IMG/VR virus record: IMGVR_UViG_3300037454_000146
Coordinates: 1-64,000 of that record
From: a virus
Direction: 5' to 3' (one strand)
Length of the DNA stretch: 64,000 nt
A model generated the notes under the pieces. It was not told the DNA's origin. It worked only from the letters and a program-made list of their open reading frames with translations, and did no database searches. The position numbers were made by a program, and so were the translations under genes. The number at the start of each line of letters is the position of its first letter. The first letter of the stretch is position 1. Below are positions 32,521 to 40,905 of the stretch, piece after piece.

Positions 32521-33378
32521 CTACTTAATCTGTAGCCATAACTCGCAAAGAGCTTGGAACATCGCGTTCTGCGTGTTTGCGCCGATAATGCCGTCAGCCG
32601 CGCCGCAGTTGAAACCGTGAGCGTTAAGCGCCGTCTGCAAATCCTTTATGTCCTGTGCGCTGTTTATACTGAAAGTCCTTTTGAGCTTTTCGAGTTCAAC
32701 CCAACCCACGCCCGATTTTAGCTTACCGTACTTCACGTAGTTCACAACTTTTTCCTCGACAATAGTGTACTTGGTTGTGACCTCAATCTTGCCAGTTGCG
32801 GCTTTGCCAATCTCTTTATAAATGGGTGTTCCGCTAACAAGAGTTTTGGTATACAAACCTACAGGCTCATTAAGCTGCGCGTTTACCTTGTTGCAAATTT
32901 CCTGTGTATGTCCCTTAATCCACGTTGCGGGGCATTGTGTTGCTTGAAACATATAGTGGTACGTAAGCGAGCCATTCTTGTCGCCTGTAAACTCTAATTT
33001 CTTTATACCGTTGCGCTTGCATATATCCACGCAGAGCTTTATCAGAGAAGAATACGCCGCGTCCGAAATTGACCACGGCTCGCCATAAACATTATTTGAA
33101 ACCTCTATTGTGATAGCGCGATTGTCATTCCATGCGCTACCGCTACACCACGACCTATCCTTTTCCTCACAGAATAGACCGATGCGTCCGTCGTTGCCTA
33201 TACAGTAATTCGCCGACATTTCTCTTGCTGGATTCGCTACAAGATTGCCAAATTGCTCGACTGACATAATGCTCGCGCAATGATGTATTGTGATTTTGGT
33301 GATAGCCTGATTGCGCGGTGAGTTTCTATTAGGCGAAATCCTTGTATAAGATACTAAAGATGAATTTGTGAAAGCCAT
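32521..33378 (-). CDS. endolysin: N-acetylmuramoyl-L-alanine amidase (Amidase_2/PGRP) + PG-binding domain
   Basis: ITIHHCAS...ANYCIGNDGRIGLFCEEKDRSWCSGSAWNDNRAITIEVSN (amidase_2). C-terminal DIKDLQTALNAHGFNCGAADGIIGANT (PG_binding_1-like). Confidence 0.85.
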   Translation of the reverse strand: MAFTNSSLVSYTRISPNRNSPRNQAITKITIHHCASIMSVEQFGNLVANPAREMSANYCIGNDGRIGLFCEEKDRSWCSGSAWNDNRAITIEVSNNVYGEPWSISDAAYSSLIKLCVDICKRNGIKKLEFTGDKNGSLTYHYMFQATQCPATWIKGHTQEICNKVNAQLNEPVGLYTKTLVSGTPIYKEIGKAATGKIEVTTKYTIVEEKVVNYVKYGKLKSGVGWVELEKLKRTFSINSAQDIKDLQTALNAHGFNCGAADGIIGANTQNAMFQALCELWLQIK

Positions 33379-33464
33379 TATTGCACCTCCTCCTCGTCGT
33401 CGCCTTTCCCATTTGAGAGCTCCGCTTCTGTCTCGGGAGCTAAGACCATTTCCTTTTCGTCCAT
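33378..33464 (-). CDS. possible 28-aa acidic peptide between holin and endolysin
   Basis: MDEKEMVLAPETEAELSNGKGDDEEEVQ. TAATG overlaps at both ends. No independent support. Confidence 0.25.
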   Translation of the reverse strand: MDEKEMVLAPETEAELSNGKGDDEEEVQ

Positions 33465-33682
33465 TACTCGTCCGCCTCCTTATCTTCTAATTCGGGCAGT
33501 CCCGCAACAGATGTCAGCAATGAGAGTATACCAGCAAGAGCCGAAGCCGATACTACGATTTTCCAATTTACAGATTCAATTGCTGCCGATGTTCCTATTG
33601 TTGCGATTGCGGTCTGAGCCACTGTCTTGAGTGCTCTGATTCCTGCCGCTTTGAGCCAGTTTTTGTCAATGATTTTTGCCAT
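33464..33682 (-). CDS. putative holin
   Basis: RALKTVAQTAIATIGT...VVSASALAGILSLLTSVAGLPE then an acidic tail. Two TM segments, directly upstream of the endolysin. Start uncertain (33682 or 33727, neither with a good RBS). Confidence 0.55.
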   Translation of the reverse strand: MAKIIDKNWLKAAGIRALKTVAQTAIATIGTSAAIESVNWKIVVSASALAGILSLLTSVAGLPELEDKEADE

Positions 33683-33727
33683 ACTATCATTGCTACTCAA
33701 AATGTATTTAATATACTTTAAACACAT

Positions 33728-33900
33728 CGAGAATTGAAACCTTCACAGGTATTTCTTACTGCTTCAACGTATATGCTTTTGTGGTTATAAAACACACTAC
33801 TCACAAGTTCTTGTACACTCCACAGTCGTAAATTCCCGAAATAGCCTTCGGTACATACTTATATTTTGCTTTCATTATGCAATTGTATAAGTTATTGCAT
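33728..33900 (-). ncRNA. expected position of the TnpB omega/reRNA scaffold (3' end of tnpB to the right end)
   Basis: By analogy with characterised TnpB loci. Local hairpins seen: CCGAA-GGCTAT-TTCGG and ACAAG-AA-CTTGT. Not verified. Confidence 0.3.
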
Positions 33901-35035
33901 CTCTAAGATTCAGACTGGCATTAAAATCCCTATCTGCTACATACCCACATTCACAGTGATAAATTCGGTCTGATAGTTGCAGCTTTTTCTTGATATGACC
34001 ACAACAATGACACGTTTTAGATGAGGGATACCATCTATCTACAATTCTCAATTCAATACCATTTTCAAAGCATTTAAATGCTAATTTAGTTCTAAACTGA
34101 TAAAACTTTTGAGATGCTACGGCTTTTGCAATATGTTTGTTTTTCATCATCCCTCTTACATTCAAATCTTCAATAGCAATATAAGATGGTTTGGTTTTCA
34201 CTATCTCGGCTATTACTTTATTAATGTAATCGGTGCGGATGTTATTTAACTTATTATAAAGCCTTTGTACTTTTAGCTTTTGTTTTTGTATATTTTTTTG
34301 AGTAGCCCCTCCTTTCTTATTTTTATCATATTTACGAGAAAGACACCGTTGTTCTCTACGCAGACGTCTTTCAATCTTTTTGATTTTTTCTGACTTGTTA
34401 ATATTTGCGTATAATTGACCATTTGACAGAATCGCGAAATCCTTTAAACCCAGATCAATTCCAACACCTTCGTTGTTGCAAACTGTAGGTTCTATAGAAG
34501 GAATATCTACGAGGACAGACACATAATATCTACCAGCTTCAACAGATATAGAGCCGCTTTTAATAATTAGTCCGCTTCGAGTTGTTGGAATATATCCTTT
34601 CTCTTTAACGCGCACCCATCCTAATGTTGGAATATTGATTCTATGTCTTTCACATCTACAATCTTTTGAATTATTCTTCACAAAATACATTGTGACATTA
34701 GATCTCCCTTTCTTCTTAAAACGAGGATAACCACTTCGATTTTTAAAAAACCTCATAAAAGCTGCATACCCATTTTCAATAGATTTTTTAACTGCTTTTG
34801 AATATACTTCTTTAATCCATTTTTTATCAGAATTGTTTGGGATATACTCATTGTTCAACCATACACTAAATTCCTTGCCCGTAACAAAGTCTTTGTTTTT
34901 AAGATATAGTTCTTTATTGTAAGCAAGATAAAAATTATAAATAAATCTACAGGTATTAATCGTTTTGTCTATTTTATTCTTTTGCTCTAATGTAGGATTG
35001 ATTTCCGTCTTAAAACTCTTAAATATTTTCATCAT
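33875..35035 (-). CDS. tnpB: TnpB (OrfB) RNA-guided endonuclease-family transposase accessory protein
   Basis: N-terminal FKTEINPTLEQKNKIDKTINTCRFIYN, RuvC-like GIDLGLKDFA, AIEDLNV, and Zn ribbon SSKTCHCCGH...YHCECGYVADRDFNASLNL. Confidence 0.85.
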   Translation of the reverse strand: MMKIFKSFKTEINPTLEQKNKIDKTINTCRFIYNFYLAYNKELYLKNKDFVTGKEFSVWLNNEYIPNNSDKKWIKEVYSKAVKKSIENGYAAFMRFFKNRSGYPRFKKKGRSNVTMYFVKNNSKDCRCERHRINIPTLGWVRVKEKGYIPTTRSGLIIKSGSISVEAGRYYVSVLVDIPSIEPTVCNNEGVGIDLGLKDFAILSNGQLYANINKSEKIKKIERRLRREQRCLSRKYDKNKKGGATQKNIQKQKLKVQRLYNKLNNIRTDYINKVIAEIVKTKPSYIAIEDLNVRGMMKNKHIAKAVASQKFYQFRTKLAFKCFENGIELRIVDRWYPSSKTCHCCGHIKKKLQLSDRIYHCECGYVADRDFNASLNLRDAITYTIA

Positions 35036-35178
35036 CTCCTTTTATACAGATTTTATTTATTCCGCTACCACCCCTTTCGGTCGGTTGTTTTATCTATATT
35101 AAAGGCAACAACCGTTTAGCTGTGCCTATTATTTTCAAACATTTGAGGGTGGCGGAATTAACCGCCACCACGAAGGGC

Positions 35179-35598
35179 TTACTTCATTTCGGAAAGGAAA
35201 CGCTCAAACTTCTTGCGAGTGCGCTCATCAGGAGCTTTCTCCATGAGTTCTTCTATCTCGTCCATAAAATCCTCTTTTGCGTCATCTCTGCTGTAGCCAC
35301 GAGCGTATGAACCGCGTCTTGCATATGAGCCACGACCATTAGAACGACCACCTCTATTTTCCATAGAGTTGTCATAATAATATCTGCCGCCCATATAGTA
35401 GCCACTGTGTCCGTCCTCCGCCTCTATCATAGCGATAGTGGTCTTGAGAGACTTCATTGTGTGAGTGAGCTTATCAAGATACTCCAAATCGCCAGCACTC
35501 AGTTCTCCGCCAGAGCCATTAATCTTCTCGTTTGCATTTTCAAGTTCCTTTGAGACCGTCTCACAAAGGTCATACAGGGTATCTAACTTCTTATCCAT
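35179..35598 (-). CDS. hypothetical protein with RG/Y-rich low-complexity core
   Basis: Helical ends flanking GYYMGGRYYYDNSMENRGGRSNGRGSYARRGSYARGYSRD. AAAGGTAGG RBS. Confidence 0.5.
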   Translation of the reverse strand: MDKKLDTLYDLCETVSKELENANEKINGSGGELSAGDLEYLDKLTHTMKSLKTTIAMIEAEDGHSGYYMGGRYYYDNSMENRGGRSNGRGSYARRGSYARGYSRDDAKEDFMDEIEELMEKAPDERTRKKFERFLSEMK

Positions 35599-35612
35599 AC
35601 TCTACCTACCTT

Positions 35613-36101
35613 TCATCTAATTCTGCGAGTGCCAATATACTCAAAGATAATATTAGCGTTCATCACATTGATTGGTTGTGTGCTTATATTGCGTACTGAA
35701 ACACTCTGACAGCCACAAAGACTTGGTACTGCCACGATTATTGAAGCTCCAACATTATCACCTGATACATCTGAAACCAGAGGTACGGTTACTGTCATAA
35801 TGGAACTCGGATCAGTTTCACCACCTATAGCTATTGCAAGGCTGATAGGTTCAACTGTTCCTGCGGGTTCTTCGGGCAAACTGATGTTGCCGTGGAACTC
35901 CACGTTGTAAAGTGTTTCATAAATACGCCTACAGCCACAACTGCAATTAGACTGAGGTGTATTGTTTGCGAGTAAGAAGATTCCGCTTTCATCTCTATGG
36001 AATACAAGTCCCTCATTGCAAGGAACAGGGGACTCCGTAAAGATTACAGGTGCGGTAGCCTGTACTACTTGTGTAGCGTTTGCGCTGTATTCTGCTGCCA
36101 T
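35613..36101 (-). CDS. BclA-C-terminal-domain-like (C1q/TNF-like jelly-roll) protein, putative
   Basis: ANATQVVQATAPVIF...GIFLLANN...YNVEFHGNISLP...ISLAIAIGGE...ASIIVAVP...VSVRNIS...NANIIFEYIG resembles the beta-strand pattern I associate with BclA_C-type domains. No collagen repeats. Confidence 0.35.
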   Translation of the reverse strand: MAAEYSANATQVVQATAPVIFTESPVPCNEGLVFHRDESGIFLLANNTPQSNCSCGCRRIYETLYNVEFHGNISLPEEPAGTVEPISLAIAIGGETDPSSIMTVTVPLVSDVSGDNVGASIIVAVPSLCGCQSVSVRNISTQPINVMNANIIFEYIGTRRIR

Positions 36102-36119
36102 AGTTATCACCGCCCATCA

Positions 36120-37010
36120 TTAAAATGAGCCGTTGCAACCGCAAGCGTTAGTGCAGCAGTTAGGATTCTGCACCATATAAGCAGGGATAGCACGAGGAGC
36201 TACATACTGCTCTACCTCGTTAGCGAGATTTCTCTGACCAAGCTGGATAGCCGCCGTCTGAACGTCCTGTGAAGCCTGTCCACGAGCGAACATAAGCTCT
36301 GAGCGAAGCTGTGCGATGATGTCATTCTTGCTCTCAATCTTGTCTGAGCAAAGCTGATCCTTGATGCTCTGAATACCGCTATTAAAGGCTGTGAGAAGCG
36401 CATTAGTATTCTGAGCGTCGGCGGTTCTTGTTGCACATCCTTCCTGTGCGAGTGTGTACTTTACGTCAGCTGTAGCCGCACGATTCTCGCAACAGCAAGT
36501 AGCAAGCTGAGACTGAATAGCATTTAAGCCCTGAGAATTAGCAGTCTGAGCCGCATAACTTCTTTCAAGGTTTGCTATTTCGTTGCCATAGAGCTGCTGT
36601 GCAAGTGCGTTCTGTGCACCAAAGACTGAATTGTTCACGCCGTTAAAGCCGTTAGCAAGGTCGTACCTCATATCGCCGCAGCACTGACAAAGCTGAGTGC
36701 TAAGTCCCTGTATGCCGTCACGAATAGAAGTCACATTGCTATTGAGCATCTGGTCACGGAATCCGTCGTTGATGTTCTGGCTGTTGTTGAGCCACGGATA
36801 AAGACCAAAGCCGTCTGCCATACCCATTCCCATCATTGCGCCATAACCGCCGCCAAAGCCACCAAAGCCGAAGCCGCCGTTACAGAGTGCAATAAGGAAC
36901 AGTATGCCAAGCCAACTGTCTCCGCCACCAAAGAGTCCGTTGCCACCGCCGTAACCACCAGTAGGAGATACGAGCATTGTTGTGTCCATTCCGTTTTCTG
37001 TAAGAGCCAT
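36120..37010 (-). CDS. Gly-rich / hydrophobic N-terminus + Gln/Asn/Ala-rich, Cys-studded protein of unknown function
   Basis: ATG 37010 after AAGGAGGG. GGYGGGNGLFGGGDSWLGILFLIALCNGGFGFGGFGGGYGAMMGMGM, then CQCCG, CCCEN, NPNCCTNACGCNGSF. Confidence 0.55.
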   Translation of the reverse strand: MALTENGMDTTMLVSPTGGYGGGNGLFGGGDSWLGILFLIALCNGGFGFGGFGGGYGAMMGMGMADGFGLYPWLNNSQNINDGFRDQMLNSNVTSIRDGIQGLSTQLCQCCGDMRYDLANGFNGVNNSVFGAQNALAQQLYGNEIANLERSYAAQTANSQGLNAIQSQLATCCCENRAATADVKYTLAQEGCATRTADAQNTNALLTAFNSGIQSIKDQLCSDKIESKNDIIAQLRSELMFARGQASQDVQTAAIQLGQRNLANEVEQYVAPRAIPAYMVQNPNCCTNACGCNGSF

Positions 37011-37160
37011 AAAGCCCTCCTTTCTCCCCATAACTTTTAGGGGTTGAGCGTTCACATCCGTATGTGTGAACGGGTTTTATATATCAAGGCGGAATTGCCT
37101 TAATACCATTAGAAAGGTAAAGACTATAACTCATTGTGAGCCATAGCTTTACACTATAAC

Positions 37161-37370
37161 TCACTTCCTACCAAGCATTGCGTTTACACGCCCTTGAAGC
37201 ATTGGCGGGATTCTGCCGTTATCGGCTAAGTATTGTACAATTTGTTGTGGAGTTGTAAGCTCCTTTGGGATATTCATTCCCGTAAGATATTGCATAGGGT
37301 TCTGCATAAACTGCTGATATAATGCGTTCATATCAGGCTGTTTCTGCACAAAAGGATTACCCATCACCAT
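37161..37370 (-). CDS. small Gln/Met/Pro-rich protein
   Basis: 69-aa ORF overlapping the upstream stop. Confidence 0.45.
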   Translation of the reverse strand: MVMGNPFVQKQPDMNALYQQFMQNPMQYLTGMNIPKELTTPQQIVQYLADNGRIPPMLQGRVNAMLGRK

Positions 37371-37767
37371 TCAACTCCTTTACTATTTTCTGCATATCAT
37401 CAATAATTGTTTTATAAGATTCAAACTCTGTCTTTGTCATATACTCCGACATATCTGGCACAACTGCGGTAGTTGTTTCTTGTTGCTGTTGCTCCTGTGG
37501 AGTGGTTCTTTTAACCATGTCGTATATTTCAAATACGGGCGGTTCAAGAATTGACATTCCAACAGATTTCTTATAAAGGCAGCCTTCGTTTTCATTTATG
37601 AAGTTTGTTGTTGTATTAGGCGGAGTGTTCCACCTATACGCAACATCTTGTGAAGGCACATTTATAAAAGTTGTAATTTGCGATTGTTGCATTGGCGGAC
37701 TCGTAGGATATTGTTGCCCGTAAGAATTATATCCGCCAGTAGGGAAGTAAGGAACTCCATAAGCCAT
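37357..37767 (-). CDS. hypothetical protein with Pro/Gln/Tyr-rich N-terminus
   Basis: 136-aa ORF abutting the upstream stop. Confidence 0.5.
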   Translation of the reverse strand: MAYGVPYFPTGGYNSYGQQYPTSPPMQQSQITTFINVPSQDVAYRWNTPPNTTTNFINENEGCLYKKSVGMSILEPPVFEIYDMVKRTTPQEQQQQETTTAVVPDMSEYMTKTEFESYKTIIDDMQKIVKELNGDG

Positions 37768-38151
37768 TTACTCACCTTCTTTCGTGTAATAATATATCGG
37801 CATTACATGACCGCTATCCCAAGCGTCATAATAATCACCATTAACTACCGCTACGGCGTGAGTACCAGTCGCCACGATGTATTTGCCAGTCGGGTGATCG
37901 TTTGCAAAATCTACAAGTGAATAGCAGAACGGGCAGTCATTAGGACAGATATATCTCTTAAAACCCAAACTTCTAAGATACCAGTCCCACGATGCGTTTG
38001 TATTGCCCCAATCTCCTAAGTAAAATCCTTCGGCGCAAAGAGTAGTATAGATTTCGTCCCACGATATTCCTGTAACAATGTTAATAGCCCTTATCACGCA
38101 ATCGCCAGCGTAGTAGTTCCCACGAGGGTTTTCATTAAAGTTTACATACAT
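37768..38151 (-). CDS. putative papain-fold cysteine peptidase-like protein
   Basis: AGDCVIRAI (candidate Cys nucleophile) and GTHAVAVVNGDYYDAWDSG (candidate His/Asp) in papain-like order. 127 aa. Confidence 0.35.
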   Translation of the reverse strand: MYVNFNENPRGNYYAGDCVIRAINIVTGISWDEIYTTLCAEGFYLGDWGNTNASWDWYLRSLGFKRYICPNDCPFCYSLVDFANDHPTGKYIVATGTHAVAVVNGDYYDAWDSGHVMPIYYYTKEGE

Positions 38152-38160
38152 AAGCCCTCT

Positions 38161-38679
38161 TTATGCCTTTCTTGCTTGCTCATCGTAAATAGTTGCCAAG
38201 TCCCAATCAATAGCATCTCTCACTCTGTAAAGTAGTTCTGCATCTCTCAGTTCTTTGTCAACGTCCTTAACGTATTGCAAAACAAAGTCTGCGGCGGCTA
38301 TCTCTGACATATCCACAAGGTTGCGATAGGAGTCCTCGTATATTACTTTGCTTTTCTTTTCCCACTCAATCCACTCTTTAAGGGCGTACTGAATGAGATG
38401 AATTTTGTCATCTGGCGATAGCTTATCGTTTGGACGTTCTAATATGTCCAGATTCAATATATCCACTTGCGGTGGATTATCTGACGTTATCAGTATGTGA
38501 TGATGTTGCGCGGCATACTTCTCTAACTTCAAAAGACCATCAGATTCGTCGTGAAGTTGCTTCTTCTGCCGTTTAGCATCGGCTTCGAGGTCTATGAAGT
38601 TGAACAGTTCCGTGAGCTGAGTGTGGATCATCATAGCCCCAACCATGCGGTTTGATAACTTCTTGAATATTTCGTGCAT
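38161..38679 (-). CDS. hypothetical helical protein
   Basis: ATG 38679 after AGGAGGTG. 172 aa, predicted all-helical. No family recognised. Confidence 0.5.
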   Translation of the reverse strand: MHEIFKKLSNRMVGAMMIHTQLTELFNFIDLEADAKRQKKQLHDESDGLLKLEKYAAQHHHILITSDNPPQVDILNLDILERPNDKLSPDDKIHLIQYALKEWIEWEKKSKVIYEDSYRNLVDMSEIAAADFVLQYVKDVDKELRDAELLYRVRDAIDWDLATIYDEQARKA

Positions 38680-38790
38680 TGGCGCACCTCCTTTCATAGT
38701 AAAGGCGCAACCAAACTAATGATTGCGCCCATTTGCTTAAAAACGACAGCCACTTTTTGGCTATATACCGTTGTTTTAAATCCGATGAAA

Positions 38791-38877
38791 TTACCTTTTC
38801 TTATAATACAAATAGCCTACGGCTCTACCACCAATTCCCGCTATTAATAATCCTACTAAAAATTTAATTATTTCCAT
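38791..38877 (-). CDS. small TM peptide (28 aa)
   Basis: MEIIKFLVGLLIAGIGGRAVGYLYYKKR after AAGGTGA. Below the track cutoff. Confidence 0.35.
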   Translation of the reverse strand: MEIIKFLVGLLIAGIGGRAVGYLYYKKR

Positions 38878-38905
38878 ATCAAATCACCTTTTTATTGCAA
38901 TACGA

Positions 38906-39952
38906 TTATACTATATATGCCCCTGTTTTCTTTACTATTGCAATATCGTTAAAGCTATAAGCCCCGTTTCCCTGTATACAATTAAGTATATTAATTTTGA
39001 AGATATAGTCGCCATTACTTAAAGCAGATACAGGCAGGGCTACTTTGAAATCTGCCGCCGAACCATTATGACCGAAAACAAGAGTATTATAATCAGATGA
39101 TTTCGTGAATGTAAGGTAATATACGCCGTTATTTGTCATAATTATATTATCTGTAAGATACCGCACTAATGTATTGCCATTAAACGCCGACATTTGAAAT
39201 CTCAGATTTGTTTGAGTGTCGGTCGTGGTTTGAGTGATTATACCAGTTGATGTGTCGATAGTTGCATTAGCCTTTACACTCAAATTAGATACATTATAAT
39301 TATTAGTCGCAAATGGCATAATAAGGCTTAATAAAATATTGTTTTTATTTGTTTCGATTTGCTCCACGTCCGCAGATGTAATACCGCTGTTCACTGCTGC
39401 AAGCTGTGCTGTGGTGAGTGTTGCCTGCTTGCCGTCGAGCGCTGACTTAACAACCTTGTTCTGTACAGGGTTTGTGGATGTTCCGTTGAGAGCAGAATCG
39501 ACTGTTGTCTTGTTAGCCTGTACCTCTATACCAGCGAGTTTCGATTTCTCATCGTTAGTATAGTCATTCGTTGACAGTCCCTTGCCTGTTTCGGGCTGTA
39601 CTGCTGTTGCACCAAGAGCCGCACCGCTTCTGATTGTCGCAAGGTCTGAAATCGTATTCTGTTTTGAACCGAGAGCTGTGTCAACTTCTGTTTTTGTATA
39701 AGTTGTTGACTTATCAGCTTTATCATCGAGAGCAGTCTCAACGTCACCAAAGCTATCAAGTGTTTCTCCGTCCTTAATAGCCGCGATATCAGCTCTTGCA
39801 ACAGTATCTTCGGAACTTACCTCACCAGATGCGTTGATTGTCTGTGTTCCGTCAGGATTATCTACTATCTGAATGTTTGAACCGCCTTTAAAGTGGGAGT
39901 TTACATATTCCGCAGAACCGTTAAGAGCCGCGCCTAATGTTACTATATCCAT
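38906..39952 (-). CDS. tail fibre protein
   Basis: GKGLSTNDYTNDEKSKLAGIE and repeated TKTEVD.AL..K-type fibre repeats, with a distinct C-terminal domain. Confidence 0.65.
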   Translation of the reverse strand: MDIVTLGAALNGSAEYVNSHFKGGSNIQIVDNPDGTQTINASGEVSSEDTVARADIAAIKDGETLDSFGDVETALDDKADKSTTYTKTEVDTALGSKQNTISDLATIRSGAALGATAVQPETGKGLSTNDYTNDEKSKLAGIEVQANKTTVDSALNGTSTNPVQNKVVKSALDGKQATLTTAQLAAVNSGITSADVEQIETNKNNILLSLIMPFATNNYNVSNLSVKANATIDTSTGIITQTTTDTQTNLRFQMSAFNGNTLVRYLTDNIIMTNNGVYYLTFTKSSDYNTLVFGHNGSAADFKVALPVSALSNGDYIFKINILNCIQGNGAYSFNDIAIVKKTGAYIV

Positions 39953-39968
39953 ATATTAAAACACCTCC

Positions 39969-40274
39969 TCACGCAAGAATAGTCGCCCATACATTAGTAA
40001 AACCGCTTGCACTATCAAGCGAGATTGTGTGCAGACCACTTGCGTCGGCGGCGTAAATTTCATTATCAGTTATAGTGTCTACAACTGCAAAGTCCTTTAA
40101 TCTAACCAGAGAAAGAACCTTATAATCGCCATTAGCGGTCAGCTTGCCAACCACCTTGCAAGAGCCTGTGCCTGAAGCCTTAATTCTGATGTCTGAACCA
40201 GTTGAAACTTTCATTTCATTTACGACACCATTTGCGTATAAGTCTCCATTAATAACAGAATATCTGTTTGCCAT
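39969..40274 (-). CDS. tail-module hypothetical protein
   Basis: 101-aa ORF in the tail gene block. Confidence 0.45.
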   Translation of the reverse strand: MANRYSVINGDLYANGVVNEMKVSTGSDIRIKASGTGSCKVVGKLTANGDYKVLSLVRLKDFAVVDTITDNEIYAADASGLHTISLDSASGFTNVWATILA

Positions 40275-40293
40275 AACTCATCACTTTCCTTTC

Positions 40294-40905
40294 TTACGCG
40301 GGCAGTAAGCAGAACACTTGTCCTACAAGCGTGTCGCCTTGCCCTATTGCATTGTGTAAAATAAAAGATAACTTGCCCGTGTGGAGTGTGTTGTCCTCAA
40401 ACTTTGCCTCTATGTCATAGACGGCGCTGTCCGACAAATTGCGGAGCACACCGTAATAACTCCCCGAAATTGCCCCCACAGAGAACGGGTAAACATTTGC
40501 CACTGTTGCGATAGCGGTGTCAGCCGAAATTGCCGATTCCGCCGTTATTTGAAACGCCGCGAGAACAGCATTATCGGTCATGCGAATTTGAATCACTGAC
40601 GAATCCGCCAAATCCTCGCTTGCGGTAAACTCTAAGTCCGCGCTATGTTTGCTTTGCGCCGCCACAACATAAGACGTAGAGTTGCTGATGTACCCGCGAT
40701 ACGCGAGCTTCACCTCGTCGCCGACCTCAATCAGCGAGCCACTCAGATTCTTTACAGTGAAAATACGTTTATCCGAAATCATCTCCACGCGCACGTAGTT
40801 GTTAGCCTGTAAAGCCAAAACCTTGCACGGCGCGATAGAGATAAAATCGGCATCGAGGAGGGCGGCTTGCACGCGCTCGTCAATGAGTTTTACTATCGTG
40901 TTCAT
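40294..40905 (-). CDS. tail-module hypothetical protein
   Basis: 203-aa ORF, GGGAGGTGG RBS, ATGA-coupled to the upstream gene. Confidence 0.45.
   Translation of the reverse strand: MNTIVKLIDERVQAALLDADFISIAPCKVLALQANNYVRVEMISDKRIFTVKNLSGSLIEVGDEVKLAYRGYISNSTSYVVAAQSKHSADLEFTASEDLADSSVIQIRMTDNAVLAAFQITAESAISADTAIATVANVYPFSVGAISGSYYGVLRNLSDSAVYDIEAKFEDNTLHTGKLSFILHNAIGQGDTLVGQVFCLLPA

Larger units (their letters stand above)
33728..35178 (-). mobile_element. TnpB-only IS200/IS605-family (IS1341-like) element; maximal extent, true ends unknown
   Basis: tnpB flanked by structured non-coding ends lying between phage genes 35179.. and the holin. No tnpA. Confidence 0.6.

Noticed and set aside
33728-35178. 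tnpA (Y1 or serine transposase) partner for TnpB.
   Set aside because: No ORF of suitable size or motif on either strand next to tnpB. The element is TnpB-only as far as this window shows.
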